Assembly: GCA_050115495.1 (NCBI GenBank)
Contig: JASFQK010000034.1
Span: 16,083 to 80,082 of the forward strand
Source of the DNA: Phycisphaerae bacterium
Lineage (GTDB): Bacteria; Planctomycetota; Phycisphaerae; UBA1845; Fen-1342
Length of the DNA: 64,000 nt
Direction of reading: 5' to 3'
Positions 28,831-36,842 of the stretch are shown piece after piece. Within the stretch, counting starts at the first letter, position 1; each line of letters begins with the position of its first letter. Below the pieces are notes generated by a model. It made no database searches, was not told the DNA's origin, and saw nothing but the letters and a program-made list of their open reading frames with translations. The position numbers were made by a program, and so were the translations under genes.

Positions 28831-29304
28831 TTATCCGCAAAACGCGAACTGCCCGCGGCCGGTCTTCCTGAAGCGAGCCTTGTCGCTCTTGGCGCCGATC
28901 TCCCGCAGGATCGCGGCGTAGAGTGTGGATTCCGGCGTCTTGCCGTTGGGACTCGTCCACAGGCCGCGCTCGGCCATCGCCTCGATCAGCTCCTTGGCCC
29001 GCATGGGCTGGCCGGCGTCGGCCAGGACCTGGGCCGCGGCGTCCAGGGCGCCGACACGCCGAGGCCGCGGCTCGGCGGGCTGCTTCGGGCGGCGTTTCTG
29101 GGCTGGCTGAGTCTCGCCGCCGCCGGCGGTCTCAACCGGGCGCCACAATCGCCGGGCGCTCTTGATGCGGATGCGCTTGCCGGTGGCGGTGTTTGTGGCG
29201 TTCCAGCCGCCGTGGCTGTTGGTCGAGTCGATCCGCACCGTGACGATGCGGTTACTCACCTTGGCCTCGTACGTGTGCCCGATTTTGACCTCGTCCTTCG
29301 TCAT
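28831..29304 (-). CDS. HARE-HTH (winged helix) domain protein
   Basis: AAAGGA RBS. LDAAAQVL...PM.AKELIE.M...GLW..P.GKTPESTLYAAILREI....RF.K..RG.F. Confidence 0.8.
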   Translation of the reverse strand: MTKDEVKIGHTYEAKVSNRIVTVRIDSTNSHGGWNATNTATGKRIRIKSARRLWRPVETAGGGETQPAQKRRPKQPAEPRPRRVGALDAAAQVLADAGQPMRAKELIEAMAERGLWTSPNGKTPESTLYAAILREIGAKSDKARFRKTGRGQFAFCG

Positions 29305-29385
29305 GGCTGGTCCTTTCACGTTGCCTCGTCAGGCCCGGGTCTCACGCGCCCGGGCGATCCCGACCGGGTCGGGATTTCGGCGGCG

Positions 29386-29601
29386 TCAGTTCTGCCCGTC
29401 GGCGTCAAGTACGCCGTCGAGCTGGTTCCGCAGGGCGATCGCCGTCTCGCGCGTGAGGATCATGGTGGTCTGGTTCGGTGCCGTACCGCGGGTGTAGGTC
29501 AGGTCCAGGCGGACCACTCGCTCGCCGGCCCGGTTGGTCCCGGCGTCGGCGTTCGTCTCGTCGTATACGGCCCCGTCGAATCTCGTGATGTCGTCGGTCA
29601 T
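29386..29601 (-). CDS. Hypothetical small protein
   Basis: GGGAGG RBS, in a leftward mini-operon. Confidence 0.55.
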   Translation of the reverse strand: MTDDITRFDGAVYDETNADAGTNRAGERVVRLDLTYTRGTAPNQTTMILTRETAIALRNQLDGVLDADGQN

Positions 29602-29637
29602 GTCGGCCTCCCTCGTTCCGTCCCATGGGGGCCGGGC

Positions 29638-29826
29638 TTAGAACTCGAAACCCAGGTTCAGGCACCGCTCCAGGTCGCTCATCGTCATCCGGCCGGCTCG
29701 CAGAATCTGGGTGGCCCAGGCCGCCAGGCTCGGCGACTGGCAGCTTGCCGTCTCGCGCAGGAATCGCTTCAGGGCCGCATCCAGCCGGATCTCGTTCGTC
29801 TTCGCGTTGCGGTTCGTGGTCGTCAT
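29638..29826 (-). CDS. Hypothetical small protein
   Basis: AAAGGAG RBS before MTTTNRNAK. Confidence 0.55.
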   Translation of the reverse strand: MTTTNRNAKTNEIRLDAALKRFLRETASCQSPSLAAWATQILRAGRMTMSDLERCLNLGFEF

Positions 29827-30060
29827 CGCGTGCTCCTTTGTGTTCCGCGTGCACACAGGACATGCCATGGGTTTGGCCGGAAATCCACTCGCAGCGTTAG
29901 AATCTGCATGAATTCTCGATATCCTAGGGATCAGGTCCGAGTCGTCCCCGAGAGCGCTCTCGCCGGCGGACCGGCGGCTTCCGGGCCGCGGCGGGCGGCT
30001 GCGGGGCGACACGGCCGCCGTGTGGCGGTCTGGGGCGCGAGTGCGCGGGAGGTGGCGTAG

Positions 30061-30273
30061 ATGGACGGAGCGGAAGCGAGGCTGAACCCCGCGGCTCTGC
30101 CGCTGGCCGACGCCGCCCGGCTGCTGTCGGCGGCCGGCGGTCAGGCGGTCACGGTCGAGATGCTGGAGGCCGACGTGGCCGCCGGGGCCCCGACGAACGC
30201 GGACGGAACGCTGAATCTGATCCGCTACGCCGCGTGGCTGGTGAAGGAGATGGCCGGCGGAGGGCTATCGTGA
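30061..30273 (+). CDS. Small HTH protein upstream of TerL (terminase small subunit-like candidate)
   Basis: GGAGG RBS. Similar to the TerL N-terminus (TIDLLRYAAWL) and to the 8486 ORF. Confidence 0.65.
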   Translation: MDGAEARLNPAALPLADAARLLSAAGGQAVTVEMLEADVAAGAPTNADGTLNLIRYAAWLVKEMAGGGLS

Positions 30274-31061
30274 TGCTCACGAAGCAAGAGCAGCGAGCGG
30301 TCAAAGACTTGGTGATTGCGGCATGTCACGCTGAGCCGGATTTGATTGGGGTGCCAGTGTGGTATGTCCCGAACTGTGACACCGTACACTCGTCAGTCAA
30401 TGATCTCGCCAAGTGCTTATACAAGCGCAGGATGCTTCCTTGGCCTGCTGCGCCGTCAATCTGTATATATAACCCTCAATACACAAACGCAGAATATATC
30501 GCGTGCGCACCAAGCACAGAGGACGATCTGTCCTTCGCCTTCTGGTCAATGGTATATGAACGAGGCAATCCGCGCGTCTTCTATCATCGACCGCATTCCT
30601 ACGATGCCGACAAGGAACTCACATCGATCGTCATTTTTGCTCTCGCCGCCATGTCCATGCCGTGCGGCTACATCGTGAAGCACCGCTCGTCTTGCGGTTT
30701 CGGAACCGGCGCTCTGCGCCGGGAGACGCGGGAGCGACCGATCTTCTCGATCGTGCCGTATGAGCGGCTGTATCGTGAAGTGAGATCGGCGGGCCTTGAG
30801 CCCCGTGAGGTTCATCCCCATCAGCGCCGTGGGCACATGCGGTACCTGTGGAAGGCAGCCGGCGTTGATCGTCACGCGCTACCTCGCACGGCGGCCGAGC
30901 GCCTTATGGTTGCGCTGGAACACAACGTACGAATGGTGCGCGTGCCGCCAACGTGGGTCGGCGAACGGGAGTGGAGCGACGGAGCGTTCACGCACGAGAT
31001 TCAGATTGGCGAATTCCCGATGAACCCGTGCGTCACGAGGTTGTTCGCACATGCCGATTGA
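30273..31061 (+). CDS. Hypothetical lower-GC protein with an H-x-RRGH motif
   Basis: HPHQRRGHMRYLW...RVPPTWVG, coupled to both neighbours. Confidence 0.65.
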   Translation: MLTKQEQRAVKDLVIAACHAEPDLIGVPVWYVPNCDTVHSSVNDLAKCLYKRRMLPWPAAPSICIYNPQYTNAEYIACAPSTEDDLSFAFWSMVYERGNPRVFYHRPHSYDADKELTSIVIFALAAMSMPCGYIVKHRSSCGFGTGALRRETRERPIFSIVPYERLYREVRSAGLEPREVHPHQRRGHMRYLWKAAGVDRHALPRTAAERLMVALEHNVRMVRVPPTWVGEREWSDGAFTHEIQIGEFPMNPCVTRLFAHAD

Positions 31062-33351
31062 CCCGCGCAAGCTGAAGCCGAGCGAGGTCGTGCAGTTGCT
31101 GAACAGCACGCCGCTGGGCGAGGTCATGTCCGAGCGGCAGCTCTACCGCCACCGCTCGCGCGCCGGCTTCCGCATCGGCGACGGGCGGACGATCGACCTG
31201 CTGCGCTACGCCGCCTGGCTGGTCCTCGAACGCCACCGGCCGCGGCCCGAGCCGGCGGGGCTGACGGCCTACGAGGCCCACCGCGAGCGGGCGGCCCAAC
31301 GCGGGCGGGAGATGGCCCTGCTCGGCCGCGACATCGCCGGCGGCGAGTGGGTGCACCCGCCGCTGAATCTCGAGCGCCGCGCCCGGGCCGAGCGGGACTT
31401 CCGCTACTTCTGCGAGGCGTACTTCCCGCAGACGTTCCACCTGCCGTGGTCGGAGGACCACCTGAAGGTCATCGCCAAGATCGAGCAGGCGGTGCTCGAA
31501 GGCGGGCTGTTCGCCCTGGCGATGCCGCGGGGCAGTGGGAAGACGTCGATCTGCGAGGTCGCCTGCCTCTGGGCCATGGCCTACGGCCACCGGGAGTTCA
31601 TCGCGCTGATCGGCAGCGACGAGGAGCACGCCGCCGGCATGCTCGAGAGCATCAAGGTCGAGGTCGAGACCAACGACCTGCTCGAGGAGGACTTCTCCGA
31701 AGTCGTCGGGCCGGTGCGGGCGCTGGAGGGCATCCACCAGCGGGCGGCGGGTCAGCTCTACGAGGGCAAGCAGACACGTATCGGCTGGACGGCCCGCGAG
31801 ATCGTCCTGCCGACGATGCCGGCGCTGCCGTGGCTGGACGGCCCGCCGAAGTCGAACGGGGCGATCATCAAGGTGGCCGGCATCACCGGCCGCATCCGCG
31901 GCATGAAGTACAAGCGGGCCGACGGCTCGTCCGTGCGCCCGTCGCTGGTTTTGATCGACGATCCGCAGACCGACGAATCCGCCCGGTCGCCGATGCAGTG
32001 CACGGTACGGGAGCGGATCCTGGCCGGCGCGGTGCTCGGTCTGGCCGGGCCCGGGCGGAAGATCGCCGGTCTGATGACGCTGACGGTCGTGCGGCCGGAG
32101 GACCTGGCCGATCGCCTGCTCGACCGCGAGAAGCACCCGCAGTGGCAGGGTGAACGCACGAAGATGGTCTACGCGTTCCCCAGCAACGAGAAGCTGTGGG
32201 CCCGCTACGCCGAGCTGTGGCGCGAAGGAATGCGGGCCGATCAGGGCGCGGCCCAGGCGACGGAGTTCTACCGAACGCACCGGGTGGCGATGGACGCCGG
32301 CGCCGTGATCGCCTGGCCCGAGCGGCACCATCCCGACGAGCTCTCGGCGATCCAGCACGCCATGAACCTCCGTCTCGACCGCGGCGATGCGGCGTTCTGG
32401 GCGGAGTATCAGAACGAACCGCTGCCCGAGCAGCAGCCCGACGACGAGCTGCTCACCGTCGACCAGATCGTGGCCAAGCTCAACGGCCAGCGGCGCAGCG
32501 AGGTGCCGCAGACGGCCACGCACCTGACGATGTTCGTGGACGTGCAGGGCAAGGCGCTGTTCTACGTCGTGACGGCTTGGGGGGACGACTTCTCGGGGGC
32601 GGTGATCGACTACGGGACCGAGCCCGATCAGAAGTCGCCGCACTTCACGCTGCGCAGCATTCGCCGGACGCTGGCGGCGGCCGCGCCACGCGCCGGGTTC
32701 GAGGGGGCGATCTACGCCGGCCTGGAGCGGCTGACGGAGGCCAAGCTCGGCCAGGAGTGGAAGTGCGAGGACGGCTCGGTGCTGCGCATCGGCCGCTGCG
32801 TGATCGACGCGAACTGGGGCCAGGCGACCGACGTCGTGTACCAGTTCTGCCGGCAGAGCCAGTATGCCAGCGTACTGCTGCCGAGTCACGGGAAGTACGT
32901 CGGGGCCTCGTCGATTCCGTTCGGCGAGTACAAGCGGAAGCGCGGCGACCGCGTGGGGCTGAACTGGCGAATACCGGCGGTCGTGGGCCGGCGGGCCGTG
33001 CGGCACGTCGTATTCGACACGAACTACTGGAAGAGCTTCGTTCAGGCCCGTTTGGCCGTGCCGATGGGCGACCCGGGTTGCCTGTCGCTCTTCGGTCGCC
33101 AGCCGGAGCGGCACCGCCTGCTCGCCGAGCATCTGACGAGCGAGTACCGCGTGAAGACCGCGGGCCGCGGCCGGACCGTCGACGAGTGGAAGCTCCGCGT
33201 CGACGGCCTCGACAACCACTGGCTCGATTGTCTGGTCGGCTGCGCCGTGGCGGCGTCGATGGGCGGCGCGGCACCTCCCGGGCTCGTCAGCGGCGTACCC
33301 AAGCCGCGCCCGACGGTGCGGCTGTCCTCCCTTCAGGGGACGCGGCGATGA
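31051..33351 (+). CDS. terL: Terminase large subunit (GpA-like) with N-terminal HTH
   Basis: AMPRGSGKTS (Walker A), VLIDD (Walker B), FVDVQ, IDANWG, DNHWLDCLVG nuclease motif. Upstream of the portal. Confidence 0.9.
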   Translation: MPIDPRKLKPSEVVQLLNSTPLGEVMSERQLYRHRSRAGFRIGDGRTIDLLRYAAWLVLERHRPRPEPAGLTAYEAHRERAAQRGREMALLGRDIAGGEWVHPPLNLERRARAERDFRYFCEAYFPQTFHLPWSEDHLKVIAKIEQAVLEGGLFALAMPRGSGKTSICEVACLWAMAYGHREFIALIGSDEEHAAGMLESIKVEVETNDLLEEDFSEVVGPVRALEGIHQRAAGQLYEGKQTRIGWTAREIVLPTMPALPWLDGPPKSNGAIIKVAGITGRIRGMKYKRADGSSVRPSLVLIDDPQTDESARSPMQCTVRERILAGAVLGLAGPGRKIAGLMTLTVVRPEDLADRLLDREKHPQWQGERTKMVYAFPSNEKLWARYAELWREGMRADQGAAQATEFYRTHRVAMDAGAVIAWPERHHPDELSAIQHAMNLRLDRGDAAFWAEYQNEPLPEQQPDDELLTVDQIVAKLNGQRRSEVPQTATHLTMFVDVQGKALFYVVTAWGDDFSGAVIDYGTEPDQKSPHFTLRSIRRTLAAAAPRAGFEGAIYAGLERLTEAKLGQEWKCEDGSVLRIGRCVIDANWGQATDVVYQFCRQSQYASVLLPSHGKYVGASSIPFGEYKRKRGDRVGLNWRIPAVVGRRAVRHVVFDTNYWKSFVQARLAVPMGDPGCLSLFGRQPERHRLLAEHLTSEYRVKTAGRGRTVDEWKLRVDGLDNHWLDCLVGCAVAASMGGAAPPGLVSGVPKPRPTVRLSSLQGTRR

Positions 33352-33536
33352 ACGAACGGCCAGTGAAGCCAGAGCAGAAATCAGACGATCATCGCGGGCT
33401 GGTGTGCCCGAGATGCGGCTGCGAGCATTTTCGCGTGACATACACGCGGCGGGCTCTCGGTGGAAAGGTCGTTCGCAATCGTGAATGTCGTTGCTGCGGG
33501 AAGCGTGTGATCACGCACGAGCAAGTTGCGTTCTGA
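33348..33536 (+). CDS. Small zinc-ribbon protein (Ogr/NrdR-N-like), possible late regulator
   Basis: CPRCGC...V.YTR......RNRECRCCGKRVITHE, ATGA coupling to terL. Confidence 0.65.
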   Translation: MNERPVKPEQKSDDHRGLVCPRCGCEHFRVTYTRRALGGKVVRNRECRCCGKRVITHEQVAF

Positions 33537-33590
33537 GACCGTGCTCCGCTTCTGACGCAGCGTGCGCCAGCTGTGCTGTCGCCAGTGAGG

Positions 33591-34583
33591 CTAGTTCCCA
33601 CGCATCCTATTCACTTCGTTGTCGACATACGCTTCGTGCGCGGCGACGGCGTCACTTACGACATCTTCAATTGGCGTGAACTGGTCATCGATGTTCCTGT
33701 ACTTCGCAAGCAGGACACTCGTTTGGCGTTCATTCTTCAAGGCTCGCGCGGATTGGCACCACTTCCCAAGGGTGGTGTACTTAACGTGCGGTTGATAGGC
33801 AGCCAACTCATCTTCCCATTCTCTCGTCCGGCGCTGAAACCACTCAGTCGTGCGATCGTCTGCTTCGACTTGTCGTTCCGTGCGATCATTTGCGTAGAAT
33901 TGAATGTGCCGCAACGTGTCCTCTACCGGCAATCCATACGGTTCTTTTGCCAGTGAGTCTACTTGGCCAATCGTCTCCCCGATACGGCGACTCAGATTGC
34001 CAGCCAGAGCCTGCGCAAGATCGTTGTGCTCGCAACTCCTTCCTTTTGCCAAGCAAGCCAGAATGCTGTTCGCACCGTCCGGGTATTGGCTGGCGTCAGT
34101 GAAGCCATGTCTCGCGAAGAGCGGTTCGTTGCAGCTCATGTCTACCATGACGTTACCGTGTGATCGCGAACAGACTCTGCAAGCGTACTCGAAGTACTTC
34201 CGTGCGACGTGCTCAATGACGTCCTCGTGATAGCGGACGTGGTGGTACGACTCATTCCGAAAAGAGTGGATGCGCTTGGCTGCTTCGGCCGCCTCTCGGT
34301 CTACGACGCCTGCGTCGGTCACGGCAAGGAAGCTCACCTTCGAGTCAAAATCGCTCGTGATGCGCTTGCGTGTGCGTGGCGGGTACTTGAAGCCCACAGC
34401 ACGCCCGACATACGCATCGACAGCGAATTTGTGCTTGATGATGCGGACAGCGATGCCTTCCATGACGTTGTCGATCAAGATTAGCGCGAGGCGTGCAGCG
34501 GTGGGAGTCTTCCGGTCGAGCAACTCCGCCGCAAGTTCCAGTTGCTCCAAGTCTCGGACGATTGTTGGGAATGACGTGATCAT
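33591..34583 (-). CDS. HEPN-like (Rx4H) hypothetical protein, candidate defence moron
   Basis: ARLALILIDNVME helix and HSFRNESYH (R-N-x3-H). Lower GC, antisense to the late genes. Confidence 0.6.
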   Translation of the reverse strand: MITSFPTIVRDLEQLELAAELLDRKTPTAARLALILIDNVMEGIAVRIIKHKFAVDAYVGRAVGFKYPPRTRKRITSDFDSKVSFLAVTDAGVVDREAAEAAKRIHSFRNESYHHVRYHEDVIEHVARKYFEYACRVCSRSHGNVMVDMSCNEPLFARHGFTDASQYPDGANSILACLAKGRSCEHNDLAQALAGNLSRRIGETIGQVDSLAKEPYGLPVEDTLRHIQFYANDRTERQVEADDRTTEWFQRRTREWEDELAAYQPHVKYTTLGKWCQSARALKNERQTSVLLAKYRNIDDQFTPIEDVVSDAVAAHEAYVDNEVNRMRGN

Positions 34584-34867
34584 CGACTCACCATTGCCTC
34601 GTAAGCAGACCATCGGACGTGCGACGAGCGCCTTCGCACGAAGCTCTCCGGCCGGACAGGCCTCCAGCCAACTGGGACGGGGCTTCCGCTGCCGTAGATA
34701 GTGTGTCGGTTGCCCTTGGGTCGGACAAGGTCCTTTGAAGGGGGAAGGTAGCTCTGGATGGGAGTTTCACTCGCCGCGATTCCATATATGGAACAATCTC
34801 ATTCGATGTGCCTCTCCGCAGTTGCATCGCGCGAGACGAAGGCGTAAGTATCGGCTAGACAACCAAG

Positions 34868-34982
34868 CCGGGTGATCCCGGAGGCGAGCGGTCGGCGGCT
34901 GATCCCCGCCGGCTCTCACGCGAGCAAACAGGCCGTACGGGGCCGTACTCCCCCGTGCGGCCTTTTCGTTTGGCCTCGCCTC
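34868..34982 (+). ncRNA. Structured leader RNA / terminator-like element ahead of the head operon
   Basis: Hairpins 34868-34881 and 34891-34913 (both with TGAT in the loop), 13-bp stem 34930-34963 followed by TTTCGTTT, enclosing GAGGCGAG/CTCGCCTC pairing. Confidence 0.5.
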
Positions 34983-35002
34983 GTGGAACGCCCGGCCGGT
35001 TT

Positions 35003-35073
35003 GGCGGGATGGTGTAACGGCAACATGCCGGCTTCATGCGCCGGAGCCGCGGGTTCGAATCCCGCTCCCGCAA
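35003..35073 (+). tRNA. Phage-borne atypical tRNA with CAT anticodon (Met/Ile2-like or tRNA-like element)
   Basis: GCGGGA/TCCCGC acceptor with G1:A72 mismatch, GTGT/ACAT D-stem, CCGGC-TTCATGC-GCCGG anticodon arm, GCGGG-TTCGAAT-CCCGC T arm. No CCA. Confidence 0.75.
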
Positions 35074-35085
35074 GTGGAGGACGCG

Positions 35086-35280
35086 ATGGCTGAGGAGCTC
35101 GAAGACGCGATTCGCGAGGCGGCCCAGCAGCCGGCCGAGGTGACGATCGACGGCCAGACGTTCAAGCAGCAACCGCTGCGCGACCAGATCGAGGCCGATC
35201 GTTACCTGGCCAGCAAGCAGGCCACCCGCAAGGGCCTCGGCGTGCGAATGACGAAGGTCGCGCCTCCGGGAGCAGTGTGA
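35086..35280 (+). CDS. Head completion protein (gpW-like position)
   Basis: GGAGG RBS, 64 aa directly before the portal. VTIDGQTF...LRDQIEADRYL. Confidence 0.7.
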   Translation: MAEELEDAIREAAQQPAEVTIDGQTFKQQPLRDQIEADRYLASKQATRKGLGVRMTKVAPPGAV

Positions 35281-35284
35281 CAGG

Positions 35285-35359
35285 AGCCATCAGCCATCAG
35301 CCGTCAACCGGAGTGCGGCGGCAATGGAGCTGACGGCTGAGGGCTGAAGGCTGAGGGCT
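35285..35359. repeat. Inverted heptamer-repeat hairpin
   Basis: (AGCCRTC)x3 on the left arm and (GCTGANG)x4 on the right. TCAGCCGTCA/TGACGGCTGA pair perfectly. Confidence 0.75.
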
Positions 35360-35363
35360 TTCC

Positions 35364-36842
35364 GTGCTCAAGTGGCTGCGACAACTCGGCGGCAAGCGGC
35401 TGGCCCGGGCGGTGACCCGCGGTCGGCTGTTCGTTCGCGGGAAGTACGACGCTGCCCAGACCACGCACGAAAACCGCCGCCACTGGGCCAACGCCGATCT
35501 GCTGTCGGCCAATGCGGCGATGTCGGCCGACGTCCGGCGGGTGCTGCGCAGCCGGGCCCGCTACGAGGTCGCCAACAACAGCTACGCCAAGGGCATCGTG
35601 CTGACGCTGGCCAACTACATCGTCGGCACCGGCCCGCGGCTGCAGATGCTCACCGAGGACCCCGACGCCAACCGCTTCGTCGAGCGGGAGTTCGCCGGCT
35701 GGGCCAAGGCGGCCGGGCTGGCGCACAAGCTGCGGACGATGCGGATCGGGCAGAGCGAGTCGGGCGAGTGCTTCGGGCTGCTGATCAGCAATCCCCGCAT
35801 CGCCGCCCCGGTGCAGCTCGACCTGCGACTGGTCGAATCCGACCAGGTCGCCTCGCCGTGGCCGCTGCCCCGCAGCAGCGCCAACATCGTGGACGGCATC
35901 GTCTTCGACGAGTTCGGTAACCCTGTGGCGTACACGATTCTCCGCCGGCATCCGGGGGACAGCACGGCCTTCCGCATCGCCGACAACGACTTCGACGTCA
36001 TGCCGGTCGAGTCGGTGATTCACCTGTTCCGGGCCGAGCGGCCGGGGCAGAGCCGGGGCATTCCGGAGATCACGCCGGCGCTGCCGCTGTTTGCCATGCT
36101 GCGGCGGTACACGCTGGCCGTCCTCGGTGCGGCCGAGCAGGCCGCGCTGCCCGGCGGCGTGATCTACACGGACGCCGCGGCCGACGCCGAGGTCTCGAAC
36201 GTCGAGCCGATGGACACGGTCGAGATGGACCGGGGCACGTGGATGACGATGCCCTTCGGCTGGAAGATCGGCCAGGTCAAGGCCGAGCAGCCGACGACGG
36301 TGTACGGCGACTTCAAGCACGAGGTGATCAACGAGATCGCCCGCTGCCTGGAGGTCCCGCTCAACATCGCGCTGGGCAACTCCGCGAAGCTCAACTACGC
36401 CTCGGGCCGGCTCGATCACCAGGCGTTCTTCAAGAAGATCCGCATCGATCAGGCCTATCTCGGCGACGTCGTGCTGGACCGCGTGCTGAGCGCCTGGCTG
36501 AGCGAGGCGGTGCTGATCGAAGGGTACCTGCCGCAATCGCTGCGGACGCGCGATGCGCTGTTCCCGCACCAGTGGTTCTGGGACGGGTTCGAGCACGTCG
36601 ATCCGGCCAAGGAGGCCAACGCCCAGGCCACGCGGCTGGCCAGCCTCACCACGACGCTGGCGGCCGAGTACGCCAAGCAGGGGCTGGACTGGGAGAGCGA
36701 ATTGCGCCAGCGGGGACGGGAGCAGGCCCTGCTGCGCGAGCTGGGACTGACCGCCGCCCAGGCGGCACCGGCGGTGACGGACGCCGACGAGGAGGATGAG
36801 GACGATGTCACGGAAGACGAAGACGCCCGCGCCGCGGCGTGA
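35364..36842 (+). CDS. Phage portal protein, lambda family
   Basis: LRSRARYEVANNSYAKG, IVGTG, GECF, DGIVFDEFGNPVAY, RPGQSRGIP, NYASGR, HVDPAKEA. Confidence 0.93.
   Translation: MLKWLRQLGGKRLARAVTRGRLFVRGKYDAAQTTHENRRHWANADLLSANAAMSADVRRVLRSRARYEVANNSYAKGIVLTLANYIVGTGPRLQMLTEDPDANRFVEREFAGWAKAAGLAHKLRTMRIGQSESGECFGLLISNPRIAAPVQLDLRLVESDQVASPWPLPRSSANIVDGIVFDEFGNPVAYTILRRHPGDSTAFRIADNDFDVMPVESVIHLFRAERPGQSRGIPEITPALPLFAMLRRYTLAVLGAAEQAALPGGVIYTDAAADAEVSNVEPMDTVEMDRGTWMTMPFGWKIGQVKAEQPTTVYGDFKHEVINEIARCLEVPLNIALGNSAKLNYASGRLDHQAFFKKIRIDQAYLGDVVLDRVLSAWLSEAVLIEGYLPQSLRTRDALFPHQWFWDGFEHVDPAKEANAQATRLASLTTTLAAEYAKQGLDWESELRQRGREQALLRELGLTAAQAAPAVTDADEEDEDDVTEDEDARAAA

Noticed and set aside
28291..30060. 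589-aa plus-strand ORF
   Set aside because: Antisense shadow of four minus-strand genes that have good RBSs and recognisable motifs.
29880..30060. Possible cos/pac site upstream of the TerS-like gene
   Set aside because: Position is suggestive but no recognisable sequence feature supports a call.
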